63,988 nucleotides of DNA, filler included, from Octopus bimaculoides (GCF_001194135.2; 6 parts of 4 records of this genome joined end to end with filler, not necessarily neighbours in it); one strand, 5' to 3'. Counted from the whole stretch's first letter, positions 36,445-49,403 are shown. Numbers and translations: made by a program. Notes: generated by a model not told the origin, from the sequence alone.

Positions 36445-37950
36445 CGGTCAACTGTTCTCCTTTTCACTGATCTTCAGATTTATGTTAACATCCGCTGGGC
36501 AACTAATTTCCACAACTGTACAGTTTCTCTTCTCTATCCCAAATCCTTATATCAGGTCTTTTGTGCTTACATTTTATTGAGGTCTTCACTGGTACATTCC
36601 ACCAGTATTCCTTTTTATTATGAGTGGCTATGGCTTCTACCATACTGTGGGTTCTTATTTCTTTGTCCTCGAGCTCATCCTCCTGGCGGATTTCATTATA
36701 GAGTGTCCTAGCTACAACATCATATCTCATCAGTAGATAATACCGTGATGACATTTTCTGACAGCTGCCTATGATGTGGGTGATATATTCGGTATGAACT
36801 CCACAAATTCTGCATCAGTTGTCACATTTTACTGCTTTTCCTGCATCTCTGTCCCTATGTAGTTGATATTTCCTGTTCCTGGATTGCAAACGCATACCCT
36901 TCAAAGTGGGAGGTAGTAATCCGGTTATTGGTCCACAATAGACTGTTTTGATGATCGATGTTACTATCATCACGTAGCTTTCTACTAACATATCCATGCA
37001 TAGTCTTCTGCTCATATACGCCCATCCTTTCATATGATGATACGTTGCGACTTCTTTGGGCTTGTATTCTAGGTTATCAGACATAGAATGTTGTTTAAGA
37101 TGCTGCCTTCCAAGTCTTATAATGTTATCAGCTTGGTCAAGGGATGCACTTTGACACTTGGTGCTTAAAAGATATTGCTGAAGGGATATGATACGACATT
37201 CAAAGGCATTTTGGATCGATGTTAAGCCACTGCTGCCTTCTTTTAGTTTTAGGTAGAGGTGGTCTACGTCACTGTTTATGTGGAAATTGTGTGTTTGTTT
37301 CTATTTTTCGGGTTTTCACATCAATGGCTCGGATCTCATCAAGCATCCAATCAAGCAGCCCAAATGTTGGTATGAGTACTGGCACTGCAAACACATTGTG
37401 GGTCACTGTTTTATTGAATGCAGAGAGTTCTGAGGTCCAAATTTTCTTTATTCGGCTGTAATATTCTTTAGTGACACGTGTTTTGTTACAGGTGCCATTG
37501 TAAGATATGTTTTCATCCACCCCTAGATACCTGTAACATTATTCGTCAGATATAGAGGAAACAGTCCAATCATTGGTGGAGATGTTACTAGCCTGGTTTA
37601 TAGTTTCCCCCCTTTTCACAACCATATAGCATTTATCCTGACCAAACTCCAACCCTACGTCCTTTGAGAATGTTGTAACCAGGACAAGGCTCTTTTTCAT
37701 CTCATGCATATTGTTTGCTTAAAGTCCCAAGTCATCCACAAAGAAACTGTGTAATTTTGGTATTTCTGTTTCCCTGTGAACCAATGAGATATCTTACAGA
37801 CTTCCTTAACATGAATGACAAGAGGTTTCCAGAAAGTAAAAATAACATCACAAAGAGGCTGTCCCCTTGGAATATGCCTTTGTGATACTGTATTCTATCA
37901 GTGATAATACAGTCACTCTTTGTGTTTAATGTGATAATACAGTCATTCAT
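36445..37950 (-). mobile_element. Decayed R4/Dong-clade LINE (RT C-half, thumb, CCHC, restriction-like endonuclease); 5' and 3' truncated
   Basis: KGIFQGDSL, HSFFVDDL, YLGxDENISYNG...IWTSELSAFNK, RYDVVA, RPDIRIWDREEK, VVEISCPADVN...KISEKEN spread across several frames with frameshifts. Confidence 0.88.
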
Positions 37951-38495
37951 TTAATTTCAAGATTTCTTGCCAATAGAGGAAGGGCCGGTTTCTAACCCAG
38001 ATCCAAGGCTCTATGTTTGTATGAATGTATGTTTTTCTCTTTCTCCTTTTTTTTTTCAGAGTAACTTTTGTGCGGCCACCTAGTTGGTAGCAAAGAAACT
38101 ATCTTGTTTTATTCATCATCCTTTAAATCTTAACAAGGTCTGGCCGAATTTTATAGCCCCAGACATGTATGTATGTATATATGTATGTATGTACACTCAT
38201 ACTCACACATACACCCAAAATGCGTATGCGTGGATGCGTATACGTATTAATGGATTTTAGACATAAATAGAAATACATTCAAACATCAACTCAAAATGGT
38301 ATACAATAAGCATATATATATATATATACATATACAGTGTACCAAATATATTTTAACAAAGGAAAAGTTTTAGAAACTATACATGCAGATAGACTGACAT
38401 AGCTGAAGTAAATAAACACCCTTGACTATACCGTTTTATCTGTGAGGACACTTCCTTATGCTTTAAACTTGTTAATATATTATACGCAAAGAAAA

Positions 38496-38705
38496 AGCGG
38501 CGAGCTTGCAGAATCGTTAGCAGGCCGGGCAAAATACTTAGCGGTATTTCGTCCGCCTTTAAGTTGTGAGTTCAAATCCCACCAATGTTGACTTTGCCTT
38601 TCATCGTTTCGAGGTCGATAAAATAAGTAGCAGTTGAGTAAGTCGATGTAATCGACTTACTCCCTCACCCAAAATTGCTGGCCTTGTGCCAAAATTTGAA
38701 ACCAA
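38496..38705 (+). mobile_element. SINE family B, full length
   Basis: gcggcgagcttgcagaatcgttagc...gccttgtgccaaaatttgaaacca. Confidence 0.85.
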
Positions 38706-39231
38706 TACGTCTACTAAATATTTGATTAAGTATTTACATGCATAAAATGACATTATTTATACTTCTAGAAATAATTCTTTCAAAAATGATGCGTTTATTT
38801 ATCTTTGAGATCCCTGTGTATATACAATACATTACGTAGATATCAAGTACACCCCCAATGCACGAATATAAACAGTAGCATTGCATGCATAATTGTGTCC
38901 TGTCATGACACGAACACCCACGAGTACAAGGTGAACCCCTCACACACACACACACATACACATGTATATATATATATNNNNNNNNNNNNNNNNNNNNNNN
39001 NNNNNNNNNNNNNNNNNNNNNNNNNNNNNNNNNNNNNNNNNNNNNNNNNNNNNNNNNNNNNNNNNNNNNNNNNNNNNNNNNNNNNNNNNNNNNNNNNNNN
39101 NNNNNNNNNNNNNNNNNNNNNNNNNNNNNNNNNNNNNNNNNNNNNNNNNNNNNNNNNNNNNNNNNNNNNNNNNNNNNNNNNNNNNNNNNNNNNNNNNNNN
39201 NNNNNNNNNNNNNNNNNNNNNNNNNNNNNNN

Positions 39232-39271
<40 letters not shown>

Positions 39272-39272
<1 letters not shown>

Positions 39273-39438
39273 CAGGTTTCTTTTTCAGTTTCCGTCTACA
39301 AAATCCACTCACACGGCTTTGGTCAGCCCAAAGCTATAATAGAAGACACTTGCGCCAGGAGTCACGCACGTAGTGGGACTGAACCTAGAACCATGTAATT
39401 GGAAAGCAATCTCCTTGCCACACAGCCACACCTGCGCC
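39272..39438 (-). mobile_element. SINE family A, 5' half
   Basis: Homology to 1640-1802. Confidence 0.8.
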
Positions 39439-40180
39439 ATATGTATTCTTTCACGTCTTCACAATGACATTCCTGATTATTTTATTAGTGCTAAATACTT
39501 TGAGTGTTTTACTACCTTTATATTTAGCCCCTTTTGTTCTGTCTTACAAATAACCTTTGACTTTGTCTTTCGTCTTTTTAGAATCATATTCAGTTAGAAT
39601 TTCGTTGTCACTTCGTTCTTTTACAACATCAATAATTTCTTGTAATTTTTAATCCAGTAAGCCCGTTCCATTAGCATATCATATATGAGAATAAATACCG
39701 AAACTAACTTTGTATTTTTAATGCTTAATATCATAAAAGAAATATGCCAAGCGTTTTGATAATGTATATTGTATGATTAAATTGTTAATATAATGTGAGC
39801 AGATGTTCCCAATATACATTCTTAATCTTGAGCTTAATTCACGCATGCATGATTTCAACCAGGTGAAATGTTTATACTAATGGACACCTGAATGAACATG
39901 GAATCTCACTTAAATAAATCTCATACGGAAACGCAAGGTCATGCGGTTAAGAAGTTCACAACGAAACCACTTAGTCTTCTGTAGTCCCTGAAATTTGTGT
40001 AAAGTTATTTTCTTTGTAGATACATTCTAAAGTATTTATTCCATGAAGAGAAGAATTAAATGGTACAAGGAAGGCCCGGAGCTCTAACGATTCAGTCAGT
40101 TAGCCTCAACAATGAACGTGTTGGTGACATATTTTTATTAGTAATTTGACATGCTGTTATTAATAATAATGCTATATATA

Positions 40181-40308
40181 GGCGCAGTAGTGGCTGTGTG
40201 GTAATAGCTTGCTTACCAACCGCGTGGTTCCGGGTTCAGTCCCACTAGGTGGCACCTTGGGCAAGTGTCTTCTACTATAGCCTCGAGCCGATCAAAGCCT
40301 TGTGAGTG
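40181..40308 (+). mobile_element. SINE family A, 5' part
   Basis: GGCGCAGTAGTGGCTGTGTGG...GGGTTCAGTCCC...ggcaagtgtcttctactatagcc. Confidence 0.85.
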
Positions 40309-41754
40309 ACAAGGTAAACATCTCAAGTTGTATAAAATATTATTATAGGAAATAGTCTTAGTTTAAATGCATTTAAAGTTTGCAGAGTAAAAGCCACTGA
40401 TTTCATTTTACACTAGAATACAAGCAAGACATTGCAATTGTAAGGTGTTGAGTGTCTTAATTGTTCTTCTTTGTGATATGCAAGCTAAATGAAATGCATT
40501 GAAGAGTAAGTCAAAAGTAGCTCATGGGCTTATTTGTCATGATACTTGACACTCTCCTACAGAGCGGACGAAAGAATTATATCAATCGAAGAACCATCAG
40601 AAAGTCTATAAATATACAGTTAGTGGTTATATAATGAGAAAGAGAGAGAGATAAAGATAAAAAAAGAGAGAGAGAGTATTGTAACGAAAATAATAGTAGA
40701 AACAAAGAAGAAAGTGACAGGTAAAAACTACAAAATATCTTACCAGTAAAGAAAATTCTAACACTGCAAAAGATTTCAAAACAATATGATTGCTTCTATT
40801 GAAAAATAGGGTAATTGAATAGGAAATAATAAAAATAACAATAATCAATTTAGATATTCAAGTTATATTCAAATATTCTCTATTTCCACGCGCCGCCATT
40901 TGTCTCTATGTTTCTTTCTCTAAACCTAGTTTCAATGATAAAAACTAAAATCTAAAATTTGTTGGTAAAATATTCTGTCAATTTTAATCTATTGTAATTA
41001 TATAATATAATCCATAATTTTTTTTTACAATCTGTATAATTACATAACCCAATGTAAGAACACGAAATATTTTTGCTTATTTCTTTTACGTTCTGTATTA
41101 CATTCCCATCCATCCTTGGACGGTCTATTTGCATAATTGTTTTTCCTATTTGCCAACCACTCACTAAGCCTTTTCCCATTTCTGAAAATAGGATCGATCG
41201 GTGTGAGTGGTGCCTCACGACGTTTCTCTCAGCGCAACGTAGCCGATCCCGAGATTAAATAACTGACCTCTGTACATCACTGGTTCTATATTTACTGACA
41301 CCAGAACGATGACAAGCAAGTTTCCTGAGCAGGATTTGCACTCAAATCGCAGAGAGCACTTTATCTGACACTCGACCCTACTCTGCCAAATTCGTTACAC
41401 AATTCATGACAATTATCTGTTAGTGAATGTTCAAGCAGTGAATAGACAGAATAGGCGGTACATCCGACTAAATGCTTCTGCAGCATTCAGTTAGGTCCCT
41501 TTACGTTTGCATTCCGCATATAGATTCCGCCAGGGTTACAATCACCTTTCTCCCCACCGGGATTGAAAAAATAAATAATTAAAAATAAAGTTTATTTCCA
41601 GTCAATTTCTTCCGATTATACCCAACCCAAACTATTAAACATTCGATGTGTCCAGAGATTTGGTTACTATTTCTAACAGTAGAGACACCGTAGAAGATCG
41701 GTTCATCGTTGGCAATTATTTCATTGTGATACGTAAGTTTGAAATTGTTTTTTT

Positions 41755-41975
41755 ACTTGTTTCAGTCGTTGGACTGTGGCCATGCTTGGGTACCACCTTG
41801 AAGAAATTTTAATCGAACGAATCGACCCCATTAGTCTTTTTAAGCCTGGTATCTATCGGTCACTTTTGCCGAACCGCTAAGTTACGGGGATATAAAAAAA
41901 GCATCAGCGATTGTCAAGCAGTGGTGAAGGACAAATACAGACTCAAAGAAACACACACACACACGCTCACATATG

Positions 41976-42031
<56 letters not shown>

Positions 42032-42032
42032 C

Positions 42033-42102
<70 letters not shown>

Positions 42103-42280
42103 ATATATGTGCACGCACACACACACACATACACACATATATATACGACGGGCTTCTTTCAGTTTTCGTCTACCGAAGCTATAGAAGAAGATGCTTACCC
42201 AAGGTGCCATGTAGTGGGACTGAACTCGGAACTATGTGAGTGGGAAGCAAACTTCTTACCACACAGCCACACCTGCGCCT
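41755..42280 (-). mobile_element. SINE family A, near full length with expanded internal microsatellite
   Basis: Homology to 1452-1802. Confidence 0.85.
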
Positions 42281-42374
42281 ACAAATATTAGAATTCACAA
42301 TTAGAAATTCCCAATAGCATACTTTCCCATTCACTTTAAAAGATATAAGTGATCGATGAAAACGATTTCAGCAC

Positions 42375-42465
42375 TTGATTAGTATTTACTTATTTTATCG
42401 GCACCGGCGGATGAAAGGTAACGTCAATCTGGGCGGGATTTGAACTCAGAACGTAAAGAGGCTAA
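42375..42465 (-). mobile_element. SINE family B fragment
   Basis: Homology to family B. Confidence 0.65.
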
Positions 42466-43745
42466 TGTAACTAATTATCGCAAAGGTTTCATTTATAAGT
42501 CACACGCTTCCATCATTAGTTTTCCAAAACATGGCAGAATATTGACATTATTATCGATAAAACATTAATTGATTAAAATAGTGGCTTGAATATAAACAGT
42601 CGTTTGTTGATTGAATATTTATCATGCAAATTTGTGTTTGCATTAGACACATTAAAATTTTTTTTTTGTTCCGAAACCTAATATTTCGGACGTTAATTAA
42701 AATTATTTTTTCTTTATTTTCTTTATTTAATTTTCATGGCAGATTTTACTTGGTTTTTAATTTCAAACTTATTTATCACAATGAAATAATTGCCAACGAG
42801 AACCGATCCTCTACGATGTCTCTATTGTTAGAAATAGTAACCAAAATCTTTGGACACATCGAATATCTCTCTTTCCCTGCCTCTCTCACCCCTCTCTCTC
42901 TTTTCCTCTAAATCGGATGCATCACGCTATGGGAAGAGTTGTTGGTGTGGGCTACCACACACACCGCACCCACGTCTCCTCAAATATAATAGTGTTGAAT
43001 GAGGCATTAGTAACCTCAGCTCATACATAGTCTATCGTTTATTGTTTACTTGTTTTAGTCATTTAATATATATATGTGTGTATGTATGTATAAAGTGAAT
43101 AGTAACTAAATGCCCTATAAATAATTTTCTACCGTCAAAAGGAAAGAAAAGATCCATCATATAATGGATTTCTGGTTACTCTGTTCCCGAGGAAAAGTGG
43201 GATAGTCACGGTTGAAACGTCTTTCATCATGGACCTATTCGATTAGGGAGCGACTCGGGTTTAAACAACAGTAAAGATTTGTTTCGTGGTATTCCAAGCA
43301 TTTTGGTTGCCTTCTGTAAGTCATTATGTAGTTGCTCAACTTGCGATAAATAGCAGTCAAGTCTCTCCAAAATCATACCTCATTATCTTAACACAAAAGG
43401 TGATTGTAGTCCTCAGTATGAGATATCATGTTTTGAGAAAACTGGAAATGAAAATGGCTAGATCGTCTTTGCTCATAGACATACTCGAACACGGAATGAT
43501 CTGAAACTAGACAGCAACGAGTTGTTATGGATAGATATTTATAAGTAGGTATTTAAAAGAGATACGAAATAATGTGATTATAAATAAATAAATATCAGTA
43601 TATGCTTAGCCTCGCTGTGAAATTAGACCTATGAGAGCCATTACGAGAGTTAGGATATACATACATACATACATACATACATACATACATACATGCATGC
43701 ATACATACATACATGCATGCATACATACATACATACATACATACA

Positions 43746-43777
<32 letters not shown>

Positions 43778-43826
43778 GTGCGTTTTACTAATAATCGGCA
43801 GAAGGTACAGAGTGACTCAATGGCCG

Positions 43827-43850
<24 letters not shown>

Positions 43851-43857
<7 letters not shown>

Positions 43858-44700
43858 GTAGTATATTGCCACTTAAGTGTGGCTGACCCCTAGGGGTGGA
43901 TGTTACTGTTGCTTTTAGCCCCAGGAGGACATCTCCTCCAGCTGGCTTATCGACACACGACTGTGTCCTGTTTGCAGGNNNNNNNNNNNNNNNNNNNNNN
44001 NNNNNNNNNNNNNNNNNNNNNNNNNNNNNNNNNNNNNNNNNNNNNNNNNNNNNNNNNNNNNNNNNNNNNNNNNNNNNNNNNNNNNNNNNNNNNNNNNNNN
44101 NNNNNNNNNNNNNNNNNNNNNNNNNNNNNNNNNNNNNNNNNNNNNNNNNNNNNNNNNNNNNNNNNNNNNNNNNNNNNNNNNNNNNNNNNNNNNNNNNNNN
44201 NNNNNNNNNNNNNNNNNNNNNNNNNNNNNNNNNNNNNNNNNNNNNNNNNNNNNNNNNNNNNNNNNNNNNNNNNNNNNNNNNNNNNNNNNNNTTTTAGCCC
44301 CAGGAGGACATCTCCTCCAGCTGGCTTATCGACACACGACTGTGTCCTGTTTGCCAAGGGAGTTATCCCTCTCACCACGGCCAGCAGCACGAACGTATCC
44401 GGATTTCAGGGTTATTTCCCTTCGTCGGCGCTCGACAGCCGATGACCTTGGTGAGAGAGAAAAACCTGGCAATTCTTATATCTTCTTTTCCAGTGGCATT
44501 CTTCACTGATATTGAAAAGGTGAAAACAAGTAATGTTAATTCTCTAAATGAAGTATTAACAGTAACTGCACGATAAAGTGTAGTATATTGCCACTTAAGT
44601 GTGGCTGACCCCTAGGGGTGGATGTTACTGTTGCTTTTAGCCCCAGGAGGACATCTCCTCCAGCTGGCTTATCGACACACGACTGTGTCCTGTTTGCAGG
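43851..44700. repeat. 128-bp direct repeat (43851-43978 identical to 44573-44700; partial copy 44292-44354)
   Basis: Direct comparison; the first copy abuts an N gap. Confidence 0.85.
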
Positions 44701-45134
44701 TCAAAGTTCACTATTTAAGGAATATGTTTCAAAGCTTGAAGTAAATGTTTCTATGTACGGGAGTACTAAAAGGTCTCTTCTCTCATGTTTAAGATGTAGC
44801 CTGGTCGGAAGAAGACCTAAACTTTTTCAGTTGTACATAATTGACAGTGCAGCGGTTGCATATTTTTACCTTTGCGATCGTTGCATGGTTTTAACCTTTG
44901 CAAAAATATTCCATGTTTTCATAACGCAACGGCACAAATTTCAGGCTATACCAAACCAGTAGATTTTGAAATTACTGAAGCAACAGGCGATGCATGATTG
45001 CGAAGCGAATTCATTATATAGTCGGCCATAATGTACAGACATACATACATACACACATACACACAAATACATACATACATACCATACATACATACATACA
45101 TACAATAAGTATTTACATACATACGAATATATAT

Positions 45135-45166
<32 letters not shown>

Positions 45167-45758
45167 NNNNNNNNNNNNNNNNNNNNNNNNNNNNNNNNNN
45201 NNNNNNNNNNNNNNNNNNNNNNNNNNNNNNNNNNNNNNNNNNNNNNNNNNNNNNNNNNNNNNNNNNNNNNNNNNNNNNNNNNNNNNNNNNNNNNNNNNNN
45301 NNNNNNNNNNNNNNNNNNNNNNNNNNNNNNNNNNNNNNNNNNNNNNNNNNNNNNNNNNNNNNNNNNNNNNNNNNNNNNNNNNNNNNNNNNNNNNNNNNNN
45401 NNNNNNNNNNNNNNNNNNNNNNNNNNNNNNNNNNNNNNNNNNNNNNNNNNNNNNNNNNNNNNNNNNNNNNNNNNNNNNNNNNNNNNNNNNNNNNNNNNNN
45501 NNNNNNNNNNNNNNNNNNNNNNNNNNNNNNNNNNNNNNNNNNNNNNNNNNNNNNNNNNNNNNNNNNNNNNNNNNNNNNNNNNNNNNNNNNNNNNNNNNNN
45601 NNNNNNNNNNNNNNNNNNNNNNNNNNNNNNNNNNNNNNNNNNNNNNNNNNNNNNNNNNNNNNNNNNNNNNNNNNNNNNNNNNNNNNNNNNNNNNNNNNNN
45701 NNNNNNNNNNNNNNNNNNNNNNNNNNNNNNNNNNNNNNNNNNNNNNNNNNNNNNNNNN

Positions 45759-45819
<61 letters not shown>

Positions 45820-46430
45820 TTGGTGTATATATTTATGTATATATGACTTGACAACGCCTCATTCTTCGATCAAGAAGTTCATCGATATAGATTTATATTG
45901 ATGAAAATCGATTTATATATATATTGAATGTTAAAGTCTTCATAGAAGATATTTCACTCAAAATCGATATATAACGAAATTGTTACAATTTGATAGTAAT
46001 TGTGTTGAATAGAAAGTGAGATCGATAAATCTATTACTTTTTTAAACTGATGACAATCAAATTACGATGCTGTGGTTTATGTCTTTTAAATGTCAGACTG
46101 CGAAGAGGCCGAGTGGGTGTTTCGAATTCGGGCAATGTTTACAGTAGGGCGACCATCGGTCAGCATTGACCACACACTTACAATTGTATGTACATTCCTG
46201 GACAAGATATTTTGAAGAAATATTTGTCTATGCAACACTCTCCTACTCTCGTCATTTGTGTTTAGCCAAGGAAAAGGCCGCTGACTAGTGCAAATACAGC
46301 TTATCACCAATGTATTTCAGGCGTTACTATTAGTAACACCAAGAGATGGAACACATACCGTAACACATCTTACCCGACCCTCTAACTCTTCCGTCAACCC
46401 AGCACCCTAGATTTGATTTAAACTGATGAC

Positions 46431-46558
46431 AATCATACTGAAAATCGAGATCGAGCGAGCTTTTGCCCTTTTGCTTGACGTGTGGTTTCCGTCCACGCTG
46501 AGCTCGCCTTGGGACACCTGCGTTACCCTTTGACAGACGTACCGCCCCTGTCAAACTC
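46431..46558 (-). pseudogene. 128-bp fragment of 28S (LSU) rRNA
   Basis: Reverse complement GAGTTTGACAGGGGCGGTACGTCTGTCAAAGGGTAACGCAGGTGTCCCAAGGCGAGCTCAGCGTGGACGGAAACCACACG...AAGGGCAAAAGCTCGCTCGATCTCGATTTTCAGTATGATT matches the conserved LSU domain V segment (recalled consensus). No flanking rDNA. Confidence 0.9.
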
Positions 46559-46654
46559 GAGTTCAGCCTCACTGCGCGGCACCTTGGGCAAATGTCTTCT
46601 ATTATACGTTGTGTCGAGCAATGCCTTGTAAATGAATTTGGTAGACGGAAACTG
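46559..46654 (+). mobile_element. SINE family A fragment starting at the B-box
   Basis: gagttcagcctcactgcgcggcaccttgggcaaatgtcttc...ggtagacggaaactg. Confidence 0.75.
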
Positions 46655-47601
46655 NNNNNNNNNNNNNNNNNNNNNNNNNNNNNNNNNNNNNNNNNNNNNN
46701 NNNNNNNNNNNNNNNNNNNNNNNNNNNNNNNNNNNNNNNNNNNNNNNNNNNNNNNNNNNNNNNNNNNNNNNNNNNNNNNNNNNNNNNNNNNNNNNNNNNN
46801 NNNNNNNNNNNNNNNNNNNNNNNNNNNNNNNNNNNNNNNNNNNNNNNNNNNNNNNNNNNNNNNNNNNNNNNNNNNNNNNNNNNNNNNNNNNNNNNNNNNN
46901 NNNNNNNNNNNNNNNNNNNNNNNNNNNNNNNNNNNNNNNNNNNNNNNNNNNNNNNNNNNNNNNNNNNNNNNNNNNNNNNNNNNNNNNNNNNNNNNNNNNN
47001 NNNNNNNNNNNNNNNNNNNNNNNNNNNNNNNNNNNNNNNNNNNNNNNNNNNNNNNNNNNNNNNNNNNNNNNNNNNNNNNNNNNNNNNNNNNNNNNNNNNN
47101 NNNNNNNNNNNNNNNNNNNNNNNNNNNNNNNNNNNNNNNNNNNNNNNNNNNNNNNNNNNNNNNNNNNNNNNNNNNNNNNNNNNNNNNNNNNNNNNNNNNN
47201 NNNNNNNNNNNNNNNNNNNNNNNNNNNNNNNNNNNNNNNNNNNNNNNNNNNNNNNNNNNNNNNNNNNNNNNNNNNNNNNNNNNNNNNNNNNNNNNNNNNN
47301 NNNNNNNNNNNNNNNNNNNNNNNNNNNNNNNNNNNNNNNNNNNNNNNNNNNNNNNNNNNNNNNNNNNNNNNNNNNNNNNNNNNNNNNNNNNNNNNNNNNN
47401 NNNNNNNNNNNNNNNNNNNNNNNNNNNNNNNNNNNNNNNNNNNNNNNNNNNNNNNNNNNNNNNNNNNNNNNNNNNNNNNNNNNNNNNNNNNNNNNNNNNN
47501 NNNNNNNNNNNNNNNNNNNNNNNNNNNNNNNNNNNNNNNNNNNNNNNNNNNNNNNNNNNNNNNNNNNNNNNNNNNNNNNNNNNNNNNNNNNNNNNNNNNN
47601 N

Positions 47602-47682
<81 letters not shown>

Positions 47683-47833
47683 GGTGTGTTTGTGTGTGTG
47701 TGTGCATGTATGTATATCCCAAATTAGGAAACGAAGTAGATAAAATACGCGCTACATGTTTCATAGCTCTTCTTCACTAATATGCCTTCCCTCTTCTCAA
47801 TTTCTGTTCTTTCCACGCAATCAAAGCATTCTG

Positions 47834-48060
47834 AACGATTTATTTAGCTTACACGTGTTTCGGATAGTTTAGCACTATATGAATGTTGCACATTGCAGTT
47901 TTCATATTTACCAAACTATTCTCTTTAAGAGGAAGATAGTTTGCATGTCGCAGCTCTGTAGTTCTAGATAATTAGTCGATCAATTGAAGGATTGATTAAA
48001 TATACAAACCGTAATGTGCAGCGGTTGTATTCGGAACACACGTAAGCTAAATAAATCGTT
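47834..48060. mobile_element. Candidate MITE / fold-back element
   Basis: Terminal inverted repeat AACGATTTATTTAGCTTAC perfect for 19 bp and imperfect to ~33 bp; TSD not evident. Confidence 0.55.
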
Positions 48061-48164
48061 GATAATACATCATTTTTCCTACTCACACAAAAATATGTAT
48101 ATATATGCATATGTATATGCATCCATATTAATATCTCTATAATCTCTTTCTCAGTCTCTCCCTT

Positions 48165-48212
<48 letters not shown>

Positions 48213-48312
48213 NNNNNNNNNNNNNNNNNNNNNNNNNNNNNNNNNNNNNNNNNNNNTTAATTAATTAANNNNNNNNNNNNNNNNNNNNNNNNNNNNNNNN
48301 NNNNNNNNNNNN

Positions 48313-48620
48313 GAAGGGCAGTTGCACGATCCATGGAATGTGCTCTGCTAAAGGGAGTGTGGATAGTGGTGAGAGGATATCCACGTAGGATGAAGTGGCG
48401 AGCCATGAGTCTCGATGTCATGGTCGTCACTGCAGAGCCTGCATAGACGGAGGAATTGGGAATAGGAGATGGAGAGCTTGGTGTGTTGAGGGTGGGAAGA
48501 GGAGAAGTTGAGGCATCAATGTGAGTCTGTGTGTTTGTAGTGGCTAGAGGTGGTGAGAGTGGAGTGACGAATGCTGACCGAAATGTCGAGAAAGGTGACC
48601 GAGGTGTCGGAAATAGTGCA
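48313..48620 (-). mobile_element. Penelope-like element RT C-terminal/thumb fragment
   Basis: Translates TISDTSVTFLDISVSIRHSTLTTS/HYKHTDSH*CLNFSSSHPQHTKLSISYSQFLRLCRLCSDD/MARHFILRGYPLTTIHTPFSRAHSMDRATAL, matching the PLE motifs FLD, KPTDSH, SSHP, YSQFLR and RGYP. Confidence 0.85.
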
Positions 48621-49356
48621 CACACATAATTAAGGGTTCAGCAAACATTTGCTTCACCACATGCCGAAGTTCAGAAATAGCAGCTAAAAAAGCTGAGACT
48701 CCAACAGATAGCATTACTTGTAACTCACAAAGGCAAAAACAAGAAGAAAAAAACAAATGAAAACTAACCATTCGCAGTTAATCATAGATGCCTTTCTGGA
48801 TTATGAGCGATAATACTCAATTTCCTTCATCGGTATGATATTCTAGTAGTAAATTCGACCATGCTAGCAAACTGTGCATGCATGAACGAGTGAACATCAT
48901 GCATCGGCACAACCTGAAAGCACAACCGAATCTACATCGGCCAGCCAGTCCACTATTTCCTCCTCAAGAAATTACCATGTGCGTCACAAGCAATACCGCA
49001 GAAGATTTGCGGTTTACTATCAGGGAGTGAATAATTATTACAATTAAAAGGGTAAAGGTTTATCAATTTATTAATTGCTATACATATATATATGTATAGC
49101 AATGTAAGTAAGCAGGCATATTAAAGATTCAACTTTCCAGGAAAATATTTTTTGAAGCAACATTAGCAAGCCAGCAGCTTACAAATAATTTTGTGATTTA
49201 AGAGATATGCAAGGTATAAAAACAAAAAAAAAGATGTAGATATAGCCACAACAGTACTGTTTTGAACGAGCGTACCCTCTGTACGTGTATAAATGACAAC
49301 AACATACATTACTATATGGTTGTACATGCTCTTAGCACAGTCGCTGATAATTATAT

Positions 49357-49403
<47 letters not shown>

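Noticed and set aside
40889-40906. YY1-like GCCGCCATTT promoter motif
   Set aside because: Single short motif with no supporting exon or promoter features.
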